A DNA stretch of 64,000 bases from an uncultured Pseudomonadales bacterium (GTDB lineage: Bacteria > Patescibacteriota > Microgenomatia > UBA1400 > MFAQ01). Numbering within the stretch: the first letter of the stretch is position 1; each line of letters begins with the position of its first letter. The notes under the pieces were generated by a model. It searched no databases. It saw nothing but the letters and a program-made list of their open reading frames with translations, and had not been told where the DNA came from. Positions 19,538 through 28,678 of this stretch are shown here, one piece after another. The stretch is taken from positions 25,158-89,157 of the forward strand of contig CAYSAM010000002.1 of assembly GCA_964429015.1 (NCBI GenBank), given 5' to 3'. Position numbers and translations under genes: made by a program.

Positions 19538-19873
19538 CTATCTTACCACCGCTCCAGGCTCTACAGACTCTGGCAAAAAAATCATTACTGGTTTTTCAGC
19601 ACCATCTACCATAAGCACCATCCCTTCCGAAAACTCTTGCCCCATCTTTTTAGGTGTCATATTTAAAATCACTGGCACTTTCTTACCTACCAATTCTTCG
19701 GGTGAATAAAAAGATCTAATTCCAGAAAACAGAGTTTTTTTACCAATCTCCTCACCAAAATCAATTTTGTAGCGAATAAGTTTCTCGCTCCACTCGGGTG
19801 CGTCCGCTTCCACAATCACCCCTGCTCTAATTTCTAACTTTCCAAAATCATCATAATTTATTAGATCTTTCAT
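19538..19873 (-). CDS. tRNA-binding OB-fold protein (MetRS C-terminal/Trbp111/CsaA-like)
   Basis: INYDDFGKLEIRAG...SGI...SEGMVL. Confidence 0.88.
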   Translation of the reverse strand: MKDLINYDDFGKLEIRAGVIVEADAPEWSEKLIRYKIDFGEEIGKKTLFSGIRSFYSPEELVGKKVPVILNMTPKKMGQEFSEGMVLMVDGAEKPVMIFLPESVEPGAVVR

Positions 19874-20871
19874 ATTTTTTTAATTCCAATTACCTTATAA
19901 ACCTCCTCCAAAGTTGCATTGGCTACCATTGCCGCCTTCCCTGCTCCGGTTCTCAGAATCTCTCTCACTTCATCCAAGTTGTTTTCCAACTCAACTCTTC
20001 TTTTTCTTGCTTGTTCAAAAGTTCTCTGGTGTGCCTCAAACAATCGATCTTTAACCTCTACATCCCCAACAGCACCCTGTCGATATCTTTCTTTCAAAGA
20101 ATTCACCTCATCTCGGTTGTCGTTCAACAAATCATGAAAGATAAATACAGGGTTACCCTCTACCTTTCCAGGATCTGTAGCTTTCAGCCTATTAGGATCA
20201 GTAAAACATCCTTTTATCTGCTTCCTAATTACTTCAGGATCATCAAAAATACCAATCACGTTTCCTAAACTCTTACTCATCTTTCTTTCACCATCGGTTC
20301 CTATTACCCTACCTGTATCCTTAGATATAAGCGGTTCAGGCAACTTCAAAGTGTCCACAGCATAAGACCTGTTAAAGCTCTCTGCCATATCTCGAGTTAT
20401 TTCTACGTGTTGTCTTTGGTCCTCTCCTACAGGTACGCCATCTGGCTTATATAGTAGTATGTCCGCAGCCATCAGTATCGGATAGTTAAAAAGCCCCATG
20501 TTTATCGACTCTACACTTGCCCCCTTAGAAAGTTTATCCTTAAAGGCGTGCATTCTCTGCATATGGCCATAGGTTACGTAATTACCAAGCACTACCATCA
20601 ATTGAGAGTGAGCTGGTACGTCAGATTGGCGAAAAAAGACACATTTACTAGGATCAAGGCCCAAAGCCAAATAATCCAGAACCACGCTAATTATGTTTTT
20701 CTCTAGATCCTCTTTTTTCTGAACCGTTGTCAAAGCGTGCAAGTCTGCAACAAAATAGTATGCTTCATGGGTCTCCTGAAGCTCAATCTGAGGCTTAACC
20801 GCCCCAAAGTAGTTCCCAATATGCAAAGCGCTCCCACTTGGAGTAATACCAGACAATATCCTCTTTTTCAT
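19870..20871 (-). CDS. trpS: tryptophan--tRNA ligase
   Basis: SGITPSG..HIGNY, YPILMAADIL, VPVGEDQ, KMSKS. Confidence 0.97.
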   Translation of the reverse strand: MKKRILSGITPSGSALHIGNYFGAVKPQIELQETHEAYYFVADLHALTTVQKKEDLEKNIISVVLDYLALGLDPSKCVFFRQSDVPAHSQLMVVLGNYVTYGHMQRMHAFKDKLSKGASVESINMGLFNYPILMAADILLYKPDGVPVGEDQRQHVEITRDMAESFNRSYAVDTLKLPEPLISKDTGRVIGTDGERKMSKSLGNVIGIFDDPEVIRKQIKGCFTDPNRLKATDPGKVEGNPVFIFHDLLNDNRDEVNSLKERYRQGAVGDVEVKDRLFEAHQRTFEQARKRRVELENNLDEVREILRTGAGKAAMVANATLEEVYKVIGIKKI

Positions 20872-20873
20872 AG

Positions 20874-20947
20874 TAGCTGGGGCGAGATTCGAACTCGCGC
20901 TCTTCGGTTTATGAATCCGATGCTTTAACCAACTAAGCTACCCAGCC
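20874..20947 (-). tRNA. tRNA-Met(CAU), elongator type; no encoded CCA
   Basis: GGCTGGGTAGCTTAGTTGGTTAAAGCATCGGATTCATAAACCGAAGAGCGCGAGTTCGAATCTCGCCCCAGCTA folds as a cloverleaf with anticodon CAT. Confidence 0.92.
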
Positions 20948-21012
20948 TCAACTATTTATTTTATCATCACCTAGCCTCAAATCACTCTGAGGTGTCACAG
21001 TTACCTAAATCA

Positions 21013-21021
21013 TGCTAAAAT
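21013..21021 (+). promoter_or_regulatory. extended -10 element upstream of the initiator-type tRNA
   Basis: TGCTAAAAT (TGn-TAAAAT) 16 nt before the tRNA. Confidence 0.55.
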
Positions 21022-21037
21022 AAGCTCGTTCCCTATT

Positions 21038-21110
21038 TGCGGGGGGAAGGTAAGTATCTTGCAGGGCTCATAATCCTGCTTAACCGGGGGGCGGAACCTC
21101 GGCCCCGCAA
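21038..21110 (+). tRNA. atypical initiator-type tRNA-Met(CAU)
   Basis: Acceptor TGCGGGG/CCCCGCA-A, anticodon arm CAGGG-CTCATAA-TCCTG, A11-U24; D loop TAAGTA and T loop GGGCGGAAC are non-canonical. Confidence 0.8.
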
Positions 21111-21116
21111 CACAAT

Positions 21117-21503
21117 TCAAAAATCGCGATAGAACACCAATTCTTTCCACTTCTCCCAGTTTTCTATATCTCTTTTTTCATTTTCTGAACCTATAGTTTT
21201 ACTTAATTTCTTGGGCAAAACCACTACCACTTCATCAGTTCTTTGCATATTTAGCTTTTCTCTAATCAACTTCTCCTTGTGCTCATCAGAGCTCACCTCA
21301 GTAAATTTAGCCACAAGCCTTTGATTCTCCTTGAGTACACTTTCTAGTCTACGCTCAGACTCTTTTATGCGCTCAAAACCACGCCTAGTCAGCCACAAAT
21401 CTCTAGCCATTGATATTATTAAAAACCACACAAATCCCAAAAATACCCATCCCACCCACCATTTTGCCTCATGTTGTTTTTCCTTTCGTATTAGCCCTTG
21501 CAT
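21117..21503 (-). CDS. septum formation initiator family protein (FtsB/DivIC-like)
   Basis: Single TM, coiled coil, EKLIREKLNM...EVVVVLP, ENWEKW; start moved to ATG at 21503. Confidence 0.75.
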   Translation of the reverse strand: MQGLIRKEKQHEAKWWVGWVFLGFVWFLIISMARDLWLTRRGFERIKESERRLESVLKENQRLVAKFTEVSSDEHKEKLIREKLNMQRTDEVVVVLPKKLSKTIGSENEKRDIENWEKWKELVFYRDF

Positions 21504-21537
21504 TAGTAGACCTAGAGTGTTATAATAGACGTCACAT

Positions 21538-22404
21538 ATGGAACAAAACGCCAAAGCCGCTATAAATAGCTTCAAAGAGAACCTTGCCAAACAAGGTAGA
21601 GCTTCTGCTACCATTCTAGCCTACAGTAAGGATATAGAGCAACTAACCGATTTTATCGGCAAAAGTGGCAAAGCTTCTCTAAAAGAGATCACCAAAGCTG
21701 ATATTGACGCTTTCAAAGAAGATCTTTCTCAAAAGAACTACACTACCAAGTCTATTTCCCGCAAAATCAACTCCATCAAGAGCTTTTTTGCCTACATACA
21801 AATAAATGGTGTTATCGTAGATAACCCTGCCACAGAAGTAACCCACCCCAAGTACGACATCAAACCTCCAAGGTTGTTAAATAAGCTCGAATACCGCGCC
21901 CTAAGAGACGTTTGCAAAGACGATCTTCGTATGGCAGCCATAGTTGAACTTCTCCTCCAAACTGGTATGAGAATTTCAGAGCTTGCCAACTTAAGACTAA
22001 AAGATATCAACCACGAAACCAACCAGCTTACTATTAAGGCTTTCGAATCTCATCCAGAGCGTACCATCCCTTTCAATCAGCCAGCCAAAGAAGCGCTCGA
22101 TAAATATCTAACTGTGAGACCAAAAAGTCAAAATGATAGTGTTTTCATCACCAAAACTGGTAACACTTTCTTAATTCGTAACATTCGTTCTAACTTGGAC
22201 AGCTACTTCCATATTGCCGGTATCCAAAACGCCAAAGTAAACGACTTAAGACACACTTTTATTGCTCAACAGCTTACCTCAGGCAGTCCTTTAGTCTACA
22301 TCAGCAAGCTAGTTGGCCACAAAAGATTGTCCACAACTGAAAAATATCTGGAATTCATCTCCGAAAAACCAGCTAAGGACAAACCAAAACTTATCGACCT
22401 GTAA
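21538..22404 (+). CDS. tyrosine recombinase, XerC/XerD-like
   Basis: SAM-like N-domain (SATILAYSKD, SRKINSIKSFF), TGMRISE, DLRHTF, LVGH...TTEKY. Confidence 0.9.
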   Translation: MEQNAKAAINSFKENLAKQGRASATILAYSKDIEQLTDFIGKSGKASLKEITKADIDAFKEDLSQKNYTTKSISRKINSIKSFFAYIQINGVIVDNPATEVTHPKYDIKPPRLLNKLEYRALRDVCKDDLRMAAIVELLLQTGMRISELANLRLKDINHETNQLTIKAFESHPERTIPFNQPAKEALDKYLTVRPKSQNDSVFITKTGNTFLIRNIRSNLDSYFHIAGIQNAKVNDLRHTFIAQQLTSGSPLVYISKLVGHKRLSTTEKYLEFISEKPAKDKPKLIDL

Positions 22405-22750
22405 ACCGCTTCAAAGCGTCCAGTGTTGATTGTGATAAAAAGCTCAAAACAGCTCCCATTTTATCCATAGATCCTACTGCCAATGCCAACCAACCCGATA
22501 CTTTTTTTCGGGAATCCTCTACTATCAAAAAGGCATTCCTTACACCAGATATTTCTAGCTGCTCACCCGTTACCTCATCTTCAATAAAAATCGTTACAGG
22601 ATTACCACTCTTACCCAAGTCAAGGTCACCATTAACCATCATTCCCTGAGGCCATACCCTATTTTGGGCATAGTCAATATCTTCACGCATCTCACCAGAA
22701 ACTTTCAAAAATCTGTCTTGTACCTTTTTCTTAGACTTCTTTTTAATCAT
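22391..22750 (-). CDS. hypothetical protein (119 aa)
   Basis: ORF with host-like composition downstream of tRNA-Ile. Confidence 0.7.
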   Translation of the reverse strand: MIKKKSKKKVQDRFLKVSGEMREDIDYAQNRVWPQGMMVNGDLDLGKSGNPVTIFIEDEVTGEQLEISGVRNAFLIVEDSRKKVSGWLALAVGSMDKMGAVLSFLSQSTLDALKRFTGR

Positions 22751-22782
22751 TAGCTATTTTACACATTATTAGTTTTAGGATG

Positions 22783-22856
22783 TGGGTCGACCTGGATTCG
22801 AACCAGGGACATCGAAGGTATAAGCTTCGCGCTCTAACCAGCTGAGCTATCGACCC
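22783..22856 (-). tRNA. tRNA-Ile(UAU); no encoded CCA
   Basis: GGGTCGATAGCTCAGCTGGTTAGAGCGCGAAGCTTATACCTTCGATGTCCCTGGTTCGAATCCAGGTCGACCCA: fully paired cloverleaf, loop CT-TAT-AC. Confidence 0.92.
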
Positions 22857-22885
22857 AATAAGATATATTCTACCGCAACACACGT

Positions 22886-22920
22886 AATCTGACATCTGTG
22901 ATCTGTGATCTGTGATCCAA
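22886..22920. repeat. 7-mer tandem repeat (GATCTGT)
   Basis: aatctga catctgt gatctgt gatctgt gatccaa, right after the stop of the VirD4-like gene. Confidence 0.75.
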
Positions 22921-22922
22921 TC

Positions 22923-25241
22923 TTACAGCTTCGATCTCTTCTCTATCTCTTCTTCTACTTCGTCAGCATCTCTACCAAATTTAAGTCGAGACAATTCTTT
23001 CACCATTCTAGCTACTTCAGGGCTACCTGCTGCCTTTTCTGCCTTTAAGTCCCTACCAACATTCATAGAAAATGGTGGAACCGGTGTTCCGTTTACAATA
23101 GTTTTTACGTAAATGTTTTGTGCTGGCACATTCCCCAAGTCGTTTTCATTAAAAACCGGCTCAAACTCCTTGGCTAATATCGAAGCGTCTTGTACACCCA
23201 CTCTGTAAGTCATCTGAGTTCCAGAGTTTCCAAAAATAGCATCTCTTACCTGTTCTTCAAGTTGACTCACAAACTGATTAGCCATAATTAACCCCATTCC
23301 ATACTTTCTAACCTCTGAAAGCATCTGGGCAAAATCCGGGGTGGCAAAGTTCTGAAACTCGTCAACATAAAAGTAAAAGGGTCTTCTTTCTTCCCTTGCT
23401 AATTCTTGTCGCGAAAGGGCAGCTGCCAAAATCTTTGGCACAATCAAGTTCCCCAAAAAGCTAGAGTCCTCTTCGCCAAGCAATCCCTTTGCCAGTTTCA
23501 AAAACACAATCTTACCCTGATCCATAGCCTCACGCATATTTAAAGTACTCTTTGCCTGGCCAATAATATTTCTAATCATTTTGTTAGTTACAAAACGACC
23601 AAACTTGGACGAAATATAGTCCAAAGTTTCACTTTTATGAAAATCGCTCGTCTGAGCAATTTGATCTGTCCAGTAGCGCCTTACAATTGGATCTTTTACC
23701 AACGGTAATATTTCCTGCACATACTTTTGGTCAGTTAACACTCTATTTACCTCAACAAAAGTTGCTCCTGGCACACAGCCAACAGTAAGCATTGCGTTAC
23801 GCACAGCATGTTCAAACCGCGCTCCTACCATACCAGTTCTATTAGGATCAAAAAGTTTATACATCAAATTAATAATCGAAGAAGCCACTTGGTACATTTC
23901 GTCATAATGTTGTACTTCCAACAAGTTAAAACCAATTGGCCTTTCTTTATCTGAAGGATCAAAAAGTATAACGTCTTCAGCCCTCTCAGGTGGAACCAGC
24001 TCTAGCAACTCTTCAATACCATCTCCGTGTGGCTCCATAAAACAAAGACCTCTTCCTGCTCTCATGTCTTGTAAAATCATCGATTTCAAAAGTTCAGTTT
24101 TACCAGTACCAGTCTTACCAATAATATACATATGCCTCATCCTGTCCGCCTCACTTATGTAAATATTTCTTTCTTGACCTCTATAAATTGACCTCCCTAG
24201 CCACAAGCCCTCAGAGGGAAATCCACCTGTTGCGGGAGCACTCTTTGCCGTTAGCCAATATATGTGTGGGGTTTCAATTGTTTTATTGGGTAAGTGCCAT
24301 ATAGCGGCCAGCTCATCAGTCGACAGTATAGAGTTGTTACCCCACATGTTTTGATAACGATAAATAATATCCAGCATAAACGAATGTTTAAAGCGAATCT
24401 TACCCCCACTAAAACTGTTTTGATTACCATTAAACTGAGAAAAGACACCTTTTAAATTACTTATATTTGCCTTTGCTGTTTCTTTGTTAGGTGAAATGCT
24501 TACCAAGCGAATACTTGTCAAAAATCCTTGCTTATTACATTTTGCCGAAATTGCCTCCATATCCTGAGGATTCATTTTATACTTTGCCTTCTCCGGATCA
24601 GACTCATCCTTTTTAAGTTTAGAAATATAACCCAAACCAGACTTTGACCACAAAGACTCAGCAGGGGAAATAATAATTTGGATAATCGCTGCTTCATCAT
24701 CACCAAACTTAGCTAATGCAGAAGTTAAAGAAGACAAAAAATCTACTGGCATCTCCTTAAAGGATTTTAGAGGTTTAAATGACTCATTTTTCAAAGTCAG
24801 CTCAGAAAACTCAATTTTTGCATCCTTATAAAAAACATTGTATTCATCTACCTGTACTACTTGTGTTCCCGGGTAAGTCCCTACTACCATTTTTTCAATT
24901 AGCTCAACATTATTTTTGTGACAAGAAATATAAAATCTTATATCCTCTTTTTTGCCAACCACCTCCAAAGAGAGATGTTGTTGGGCTGCAAATTTTTGCC
25001 AAAAGCCACTTTTTTTGAGTGAGTATAAGGAGCTGAACATCTGCTCCACCGCCTCCACCTTTATTTCATTATCTCTAGGTACTGCTATCTCTAGTAATAC
25101 AAAATTCATACTCACTTCTTCTCTGTTTCGAAATCGAAGCCAAATCACAAATATCATCCAACAAAAAATCAAAGAGGCGACAACCAACAGCACCCCCAAA
25201 ATCAAAACCAAAAAATACTGCAACCAATAAGCACTAATCAT
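22923..25241 (-). CDS. VirD4/TrwB-like (HerA/FtsK superfamily) membrane ATPase
   Basis: N-terminal TM; RHMYIIGKTGTGKT Walker A, FYFYVDEFQNF Walker B, SEVRKYG, ANQ; start uncertain (25241-25268). Confidence 0.88.
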   Translation of the reverse strand: MISAYWLQYFLVLILGVLLVVASLIFCWMIFVIWLRFRNREEVSMNFVLLEIAVPRDNEIKVEAVEQMFSSLYSLKKSGFWQKFAAQQHLSLEVVGKKEDIRFYISCHKNNVELIEKMVVGTYPGTQVVQVDEYNVFYKDAKIEFSELTLKNESFKPLKSFKEMPVDFLSSLTSALAKFGDDEAAIIQIIISPAESLWSKSGLGYISKLKKDESDPEKAKYKMNPQDMEAISAKCNKQGFLTSIRLVSISPNKETAKANISNLKGVFSQFNGNQNSFSGGKIRFKHSFMLDIIYRYQNMWGNNSILSTDELAAIWHLPNKTIETPHIYWLTAKSAPATGGFPSEGLWLGRSIYRGQERNIYISEADRMRHMYIIGKTGTGKTELLKSMILQDMRAGRGLCFMEPHGDGIEELLELVPPERAEDVILFDPSDKERPIGFNLLEVQHYDEMYQVASSIINLMYKLFDPNRTGMVGARFEHAVRNAMLTVGCVPGATFVEVNRVLTDQKYVQEILPLVKDPIVRRYWTDQIAQTSDFHKSETLDYISSKFGRFVTNKMIRNIIGQAKSTLNMREAMDQGKIVFLKLAKGLLGEEDSSFLGNLIVPKILAAALSRQELAREERRPFYFYVDEFQNFATPDFAQMLSEVRKYGMGLIMANQFVSQLEEQVRDAIFGNSGTQMTYRVGVQDASILAKEFEPVFNENDLGNVPAQNIYVKTIVNGTPVPPFSMNVGRDLKAEKAAGSPEVARMVKELSRLKFGRDADEVEEEIEKRSKL

Positions 25242-25599
25242 ATTCATTGCTTGGGCTATAAAAAACACGCCCAGGGTATTTTTTAATCATCATCAAGCAC
25301 CACTCGGCGAGCCATCGCATTCCACTCTGAGTGTCCGCCTTTAAGCCATCAGTCAAATTTCCCTCATTCAGGGGTAACACTATTTTCTTAGGGGCGGGCG
25401 CTAATATTCCAGAAGTTTGTTGATTTACATTCTTAGTTGTTACATCAGCCACTCCAGGTTTAGCTCCGTTATTTTGGTTATCCTGGCCAGAGGTTTCAGT
25501 ACTCTTTTCAACTTTTTCTATATAGCTTTCCACCTCTCTTATAGCAACCGCTTCAGGAGAGTCTATTCGACGTTCTATTTCCTTACCCATAGAAGGCAT
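25234..25599 (-). CDS. hypothetical protein coupled to the VirD4-like gene
   Basis: ORF ending IVLPL...SGMRWLAEWC; overlaps the next gene; TGG-TATAGT 5 nt upstream of ATG. Confidence 0.75.
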   Translation of the reverse strand: MPSMGKEIERRIDSPEAVAIREVESYIEKVEKSTETSGQDNQNNGAKPGVADVTTKNVNQQTSGILAPAPKKIVLPLNEGNLTDGLKADTQSGMRWLAEWCLMMIKKYPGRVFYSPSNEYD

Positions 25600-25875
25600 A
25601 TCTAACTATACCAATTTTCAAGACAATATTCGATACTCACAAAATACACACATATATAACAAAAACTATAATGATAATCAACTGTCAAGGTCAAAGTAGG
25701 TAAAATTATTAAGAAAAAAATCAAACACAACAAAAAAAGATTGATACAAGGCAATTTTACAACCAAAACACTACATTATCAATGTCAACAAAAGAGTGAT
25801 AGTAAACAAATTTACCTAACTAAATTAAAGTTTAATTTTTCTCACAAGTCAATTCCCACCTAAATAGCTCAAAAT

Positions 25876-25918
25876 AGATCAAAGACTCTCCTATAGTATC
25901 AGGAAAAGTCTTTGATCT
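25876..25918. terminator. hairpin downstream of nrdJ (probable terminator)
   Basis: AGATCAAAGACT...AGTCTTTGATCT 12-bp perfect stem with T-rich flanks. Confidence 0.6.
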
Positions 25919-25926
25919 CCTTTTTT

Positions 25927-28203
25927 TTAAATTTTTCCCTCTGAATAGTCTATATCACAGGCACCAGCAACACAAGCAAGTTCTTGAGCTGCCTTTGTAT
26001 AGTCCTCTTCTTCGTAACGGTAAAGCTTACTAAAGTCTATGGCAGGAAAAACAGCAGCCAGTTTTTCATACTCAGCCAACGAAATCTCTTGATAAGGCAT
26101 CTGAGCATAAGCTGCATCGAATGCTGGTAAAAAAGCCATACCTCCTATCAAATCTCTATGATCCCAAACCCACTTAACCAAGTCAATTACTTCGTGCGGG
26201 TAATAGGTAATCGTTACACTGGGGTTATGCTCTGTCCAATTAATTTTATTTTGAAGCCAATAATTACACTGATCAATTGCCGACATACTCTTTCTCAACT
26301 TTGCTCCATCTGGCGACTTTACGGGGAAGTGAACTACAAAAGTATTAGCACTTTCAAAGCTCTGACCATTTTCCGGATCCATAGGCACACCTTCATCTTT
26401 TAGAACCTTATATATCGGTGAGTGAGTACTCACTCGAATATTTCTAACATAGTTAGCTGCCCACCTAGCATGAATCCCTGAGGAACAATTAAATAGTTGC
26501 GAAGAGTTTCCAGATGGCTTCACACAAGTCACAGCAGCTGCTTGATTGATACCCAACTTTTCTGCATAAACTCTGTTTGTTTCAATAGCCACCTGCCTCA
26601 ATCTACCTTGTACTGCAGGATCTTGTGCCACCAAGCTATCGAGCTGACCATTTATATCTACTCCCAACAACCTTTCTTCTTCACAATTTTTCTTCCATGT
26701 AGGGCGAAGTCCGGGGAAGTTGGTTGCCATAGCTTGAATCGTTCCTATTATCGCCGCCACTTCTACTTTATCTTTCAAAGATTCATACGTATCCTCTTTT
26801 CGAGCTATAGCAATTGACAAATTACAAAACTCATATGGACGCAAAATAATTTCCCCACATGGATTTGTTCCAAACTCCGCCTCTGCTCTTCTAGCTGGTC
26901 GCATATTTATAGCTCCTTGTCTGTTAAAAATGCCTGGCTCTCCTCTACCATTTTCCACCATCTCCATCATTTGTTTAACTATATCTAGTTGAGTTAATCC
27001 CTGAGAAGGCCAAACTGCACTATTGTTGGCATTCCATCGTTGACTATTGTCGCGCTCAAAATCCCCAGACTTGCAATTCCTCATCTCCGCGTCATCAAAA
27101 TCAAAAAGCGAAATCATTGCCGTTCTTCTCATCCCCCCCGAAACAGCCGCATTTCCTACCTCGCACATAATGTCATGGGCATCAAGTGGTCTCAAAAAAC
27201 TCCCTTGTCGTGATAAAACCCTCTCTCTCACAAACTCCATCATTTTTCTAAAAGGTTCAGGACCAGACGATCTACCACCTTTAATTCTTAATATTGCTCC
27301 TGCTGGCCTCAAAGCCGAATAGTCAAAACTTACATCACCACCTTCAAACCAGGTCTGCAAACCAAGCCTCAAAGCGTCTGCCCACCCTTCGGTTGTATCT
27401 TCAACTAGGCAATACAAAGGCTCTCCTCCTATTTGTCTTTTAACTCTGGGTAGATTTTCTACATACTTACTTTCCACCGAAAACCCCACTCCGCAGCCAT
27501 TCATTGAGATAAGCAACGCTTCCACAAAAGAATCCAAACTATCTACGGGCTGATAAGAGCAGTTATAGATTCCAATATTATTTCTCCTTGCGGCAGGCCC
27601 AGCCATCGCCAAAAGCCTCATCGAAGGTGCCGCCTTCATCTCCAATACTGATTTTCTAATCCTTTCATAATCAGATGCTTGTAACTTGTTTTCAGAAATT
27701 TCGCTCAAATAGCTCACTGCCCTGTCCACAGTTTCTCGCCAAGTTTCCCTTCTTCCTAGGTCATAGTTAAATCTAGAATACTTATCAAAAAACTGAAATT
27801 TTTGTATTTGGTTACCAAAATATTTATCACTTTCAGCAAACGCAGCCTGAACTTCAGCCGGTACAGGTCTCACCTCTCTCAGTTTTGCATGCTCTGCTCT
27901 ATACAAAATATAACTTTTTGCCGCCTCAAACTCACCAGCAGCCTGCAAAACAACCTCTACCGCATCTTGTACTTGTTCAACTGTAGGCTTCTCAAACTTA
28001 CTACCAACCAAATTTACTACCCTACTAATTAGTTCTTCAAAAGAAACACTAGGGATAGAATCAATATCTCTAAAACATGCTTCTATTGCCTTTTTTATTT
28101 TATCTACCTCAAAAGCCACCACTCTTCCGTCTCTCTTGGTAATAGAGGTCGGAATTCTTGCCACTATCTTTGTTCTAATCTTTTTTTTGAATTTTTTTAT
28201 CAT
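25927..28203 (-). CDS. nrdJ: class II (B12-dependent) ribonucleotide reductase with ATP cone
   Basis: ITKRDG ATP cone, YNCS, GTNPCGEI, CNL, TCVKPSG, C-terminal CVAGAC. Confidence 0.92.
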   Translation of the reverse strand: MIKKFKKKIRTKIVARIPTSITKRDGRVVAFEVDKIKKAIEACFRDIDSIPSVSFEELISRVVNLVGSKFEKPTVEQVQDAVEVVLQAAGEFEAAKSYILYRAEHAKLREVRPVPAEVQAAFAESDKYFGNQIQKFQFFDKYSRFNYDLGRRETWRETVDRAVSYLSEISENKLQASDYERIRKSVLEMKAAPSMRLLAMAGPAARRNNIGIYNCSYQPVDSLDSFVEALLISMNGCGVGFSVESKYVENLPRVKRQIGGEPLYCLVEDTTEGWADALRLGLQTWFEGGDVSFDYSALRPAGAILRIKGGRSSGPEPFRKMMEFVRERVLSRQGSFLRPLDAHDIMCEVGNAAVSGGMRRTAMISLFDFDDAEMRNCKSGDFERDNSQRWNANNSAVWPSQGLTQLDIVKQMMEMVENGRGEPGIFNRQGAINMRPARRAEAEFGTNPCGEIILRPYEFCNLSIAIARKEDTYESLKDKVEVAAIIGTIQAMATNFPGLRPTWKKNCEEERLLGVDINGQLDSLVAQDPAVQGRLRQVAIETNRVYAEKLGINQAAAVTCVKPSGNSSQLFNCSSGIHARWAANYVRNIRVSTHSPIYKVLKDEGVPMDPENGQSFESANTFVVHFPVKSPDGAKLRKSMSAIDQCNYWLQNKINWTEHNPSVTITYYPHEVIDLVKWVWDHRDLIGGMAFLPAFDAAYAQMPYQEISLAEYEKLAAVFPAIDFSKLYRYEEEDYTKAAQELACVAGACDIDYSEGKI

Positions 28204-28219
28204 TTTTTATAATAATTTT

Positions 28220-28672
28220 TTAATTAATATCAATTTCGTTAACAAATTTTTTAAAGTCAATCAAACCAGAAAAATCCAAATAAACACTCGCAAAACGTAA
28301 ATAAGCAAACTTGTCAATTTTTTTAAGCTTTTCCATCACCATTTTCCCTATATCACAAGACCTTACCTCTGTAGACTTTCTAGACAACAACTTAGCCTCA
28401 ATTCTGTCTACAACCTCTTCAATTTTGTCCGTTCTCACATTTCTCTTATAACAAGCCTTTACTACTCCTTTAAGGAGTTTTTCCCTATTATATTGTTCTA
28501 CTCTTCCGCTTTTCTTAACCACCTTCAAATCAATATTCACTACCATCTCGTGAGTTGTAAATCTTTTGTTACATTTCAAACATTTCCTCCTCCTCCTTAT
28601 ACCATCACCAGAACTCAAAACCCTGCTCTCCAAAACAGATGTTTCTTCTTTATTGCAATATGGGCAGTTCAT
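28220..28672 (-). CDS. nrdR: transcriptional repressor NrdR
   Basis: MNCPYC...RRRRKCLKCNKRFTT, ATP cone, AYLRFASVY; start moved to 28672. Confidence 0.96.
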   Translation of the reverse strand: MNCPYCNKEETSVLESRVLSSGDGIRRRRKCLKCNKRFTTHEMVVNIDLKVVKKSGRVEQYNREKLLKGVVKACYKRNVRTDKIEEVVDRIEAKLLSRKSTEVRSCDIGKMVMEKLKKIDKFAYLRFASVYLDFSGLIDFKKFVNEIDIN

Positions 28673-28678
28673 ATAAAT

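Noticed and set aside
20874-20947. CAU tRNA as tRNA-Ile2 (lysidine)
   Set aside because: The GGC-starting acceptor resembles elongator tRNA-Met and a separate UAU Ile tRNA exists; not formally excluded without a model search
21538-22856. Tyrosine recombinase between tRNA genes as a prophage/island integrase
   Set aside because: Xer-like size and domains, no duplicated tRNA 3' end (att site) seen, no cargo or phage genes, host-like neighbours
22923-25268. VirD4-like gene as evidence of a conjugative element
   Set aside because: No relaxase, oriT, VirB homologs or element boundaries nearby
25600-25875. AT-rich 275-bp intergenic region as replication origin or ncRNA
   Set aside because: No DnaA-box cluster, no skew switch and no convincing structure seen
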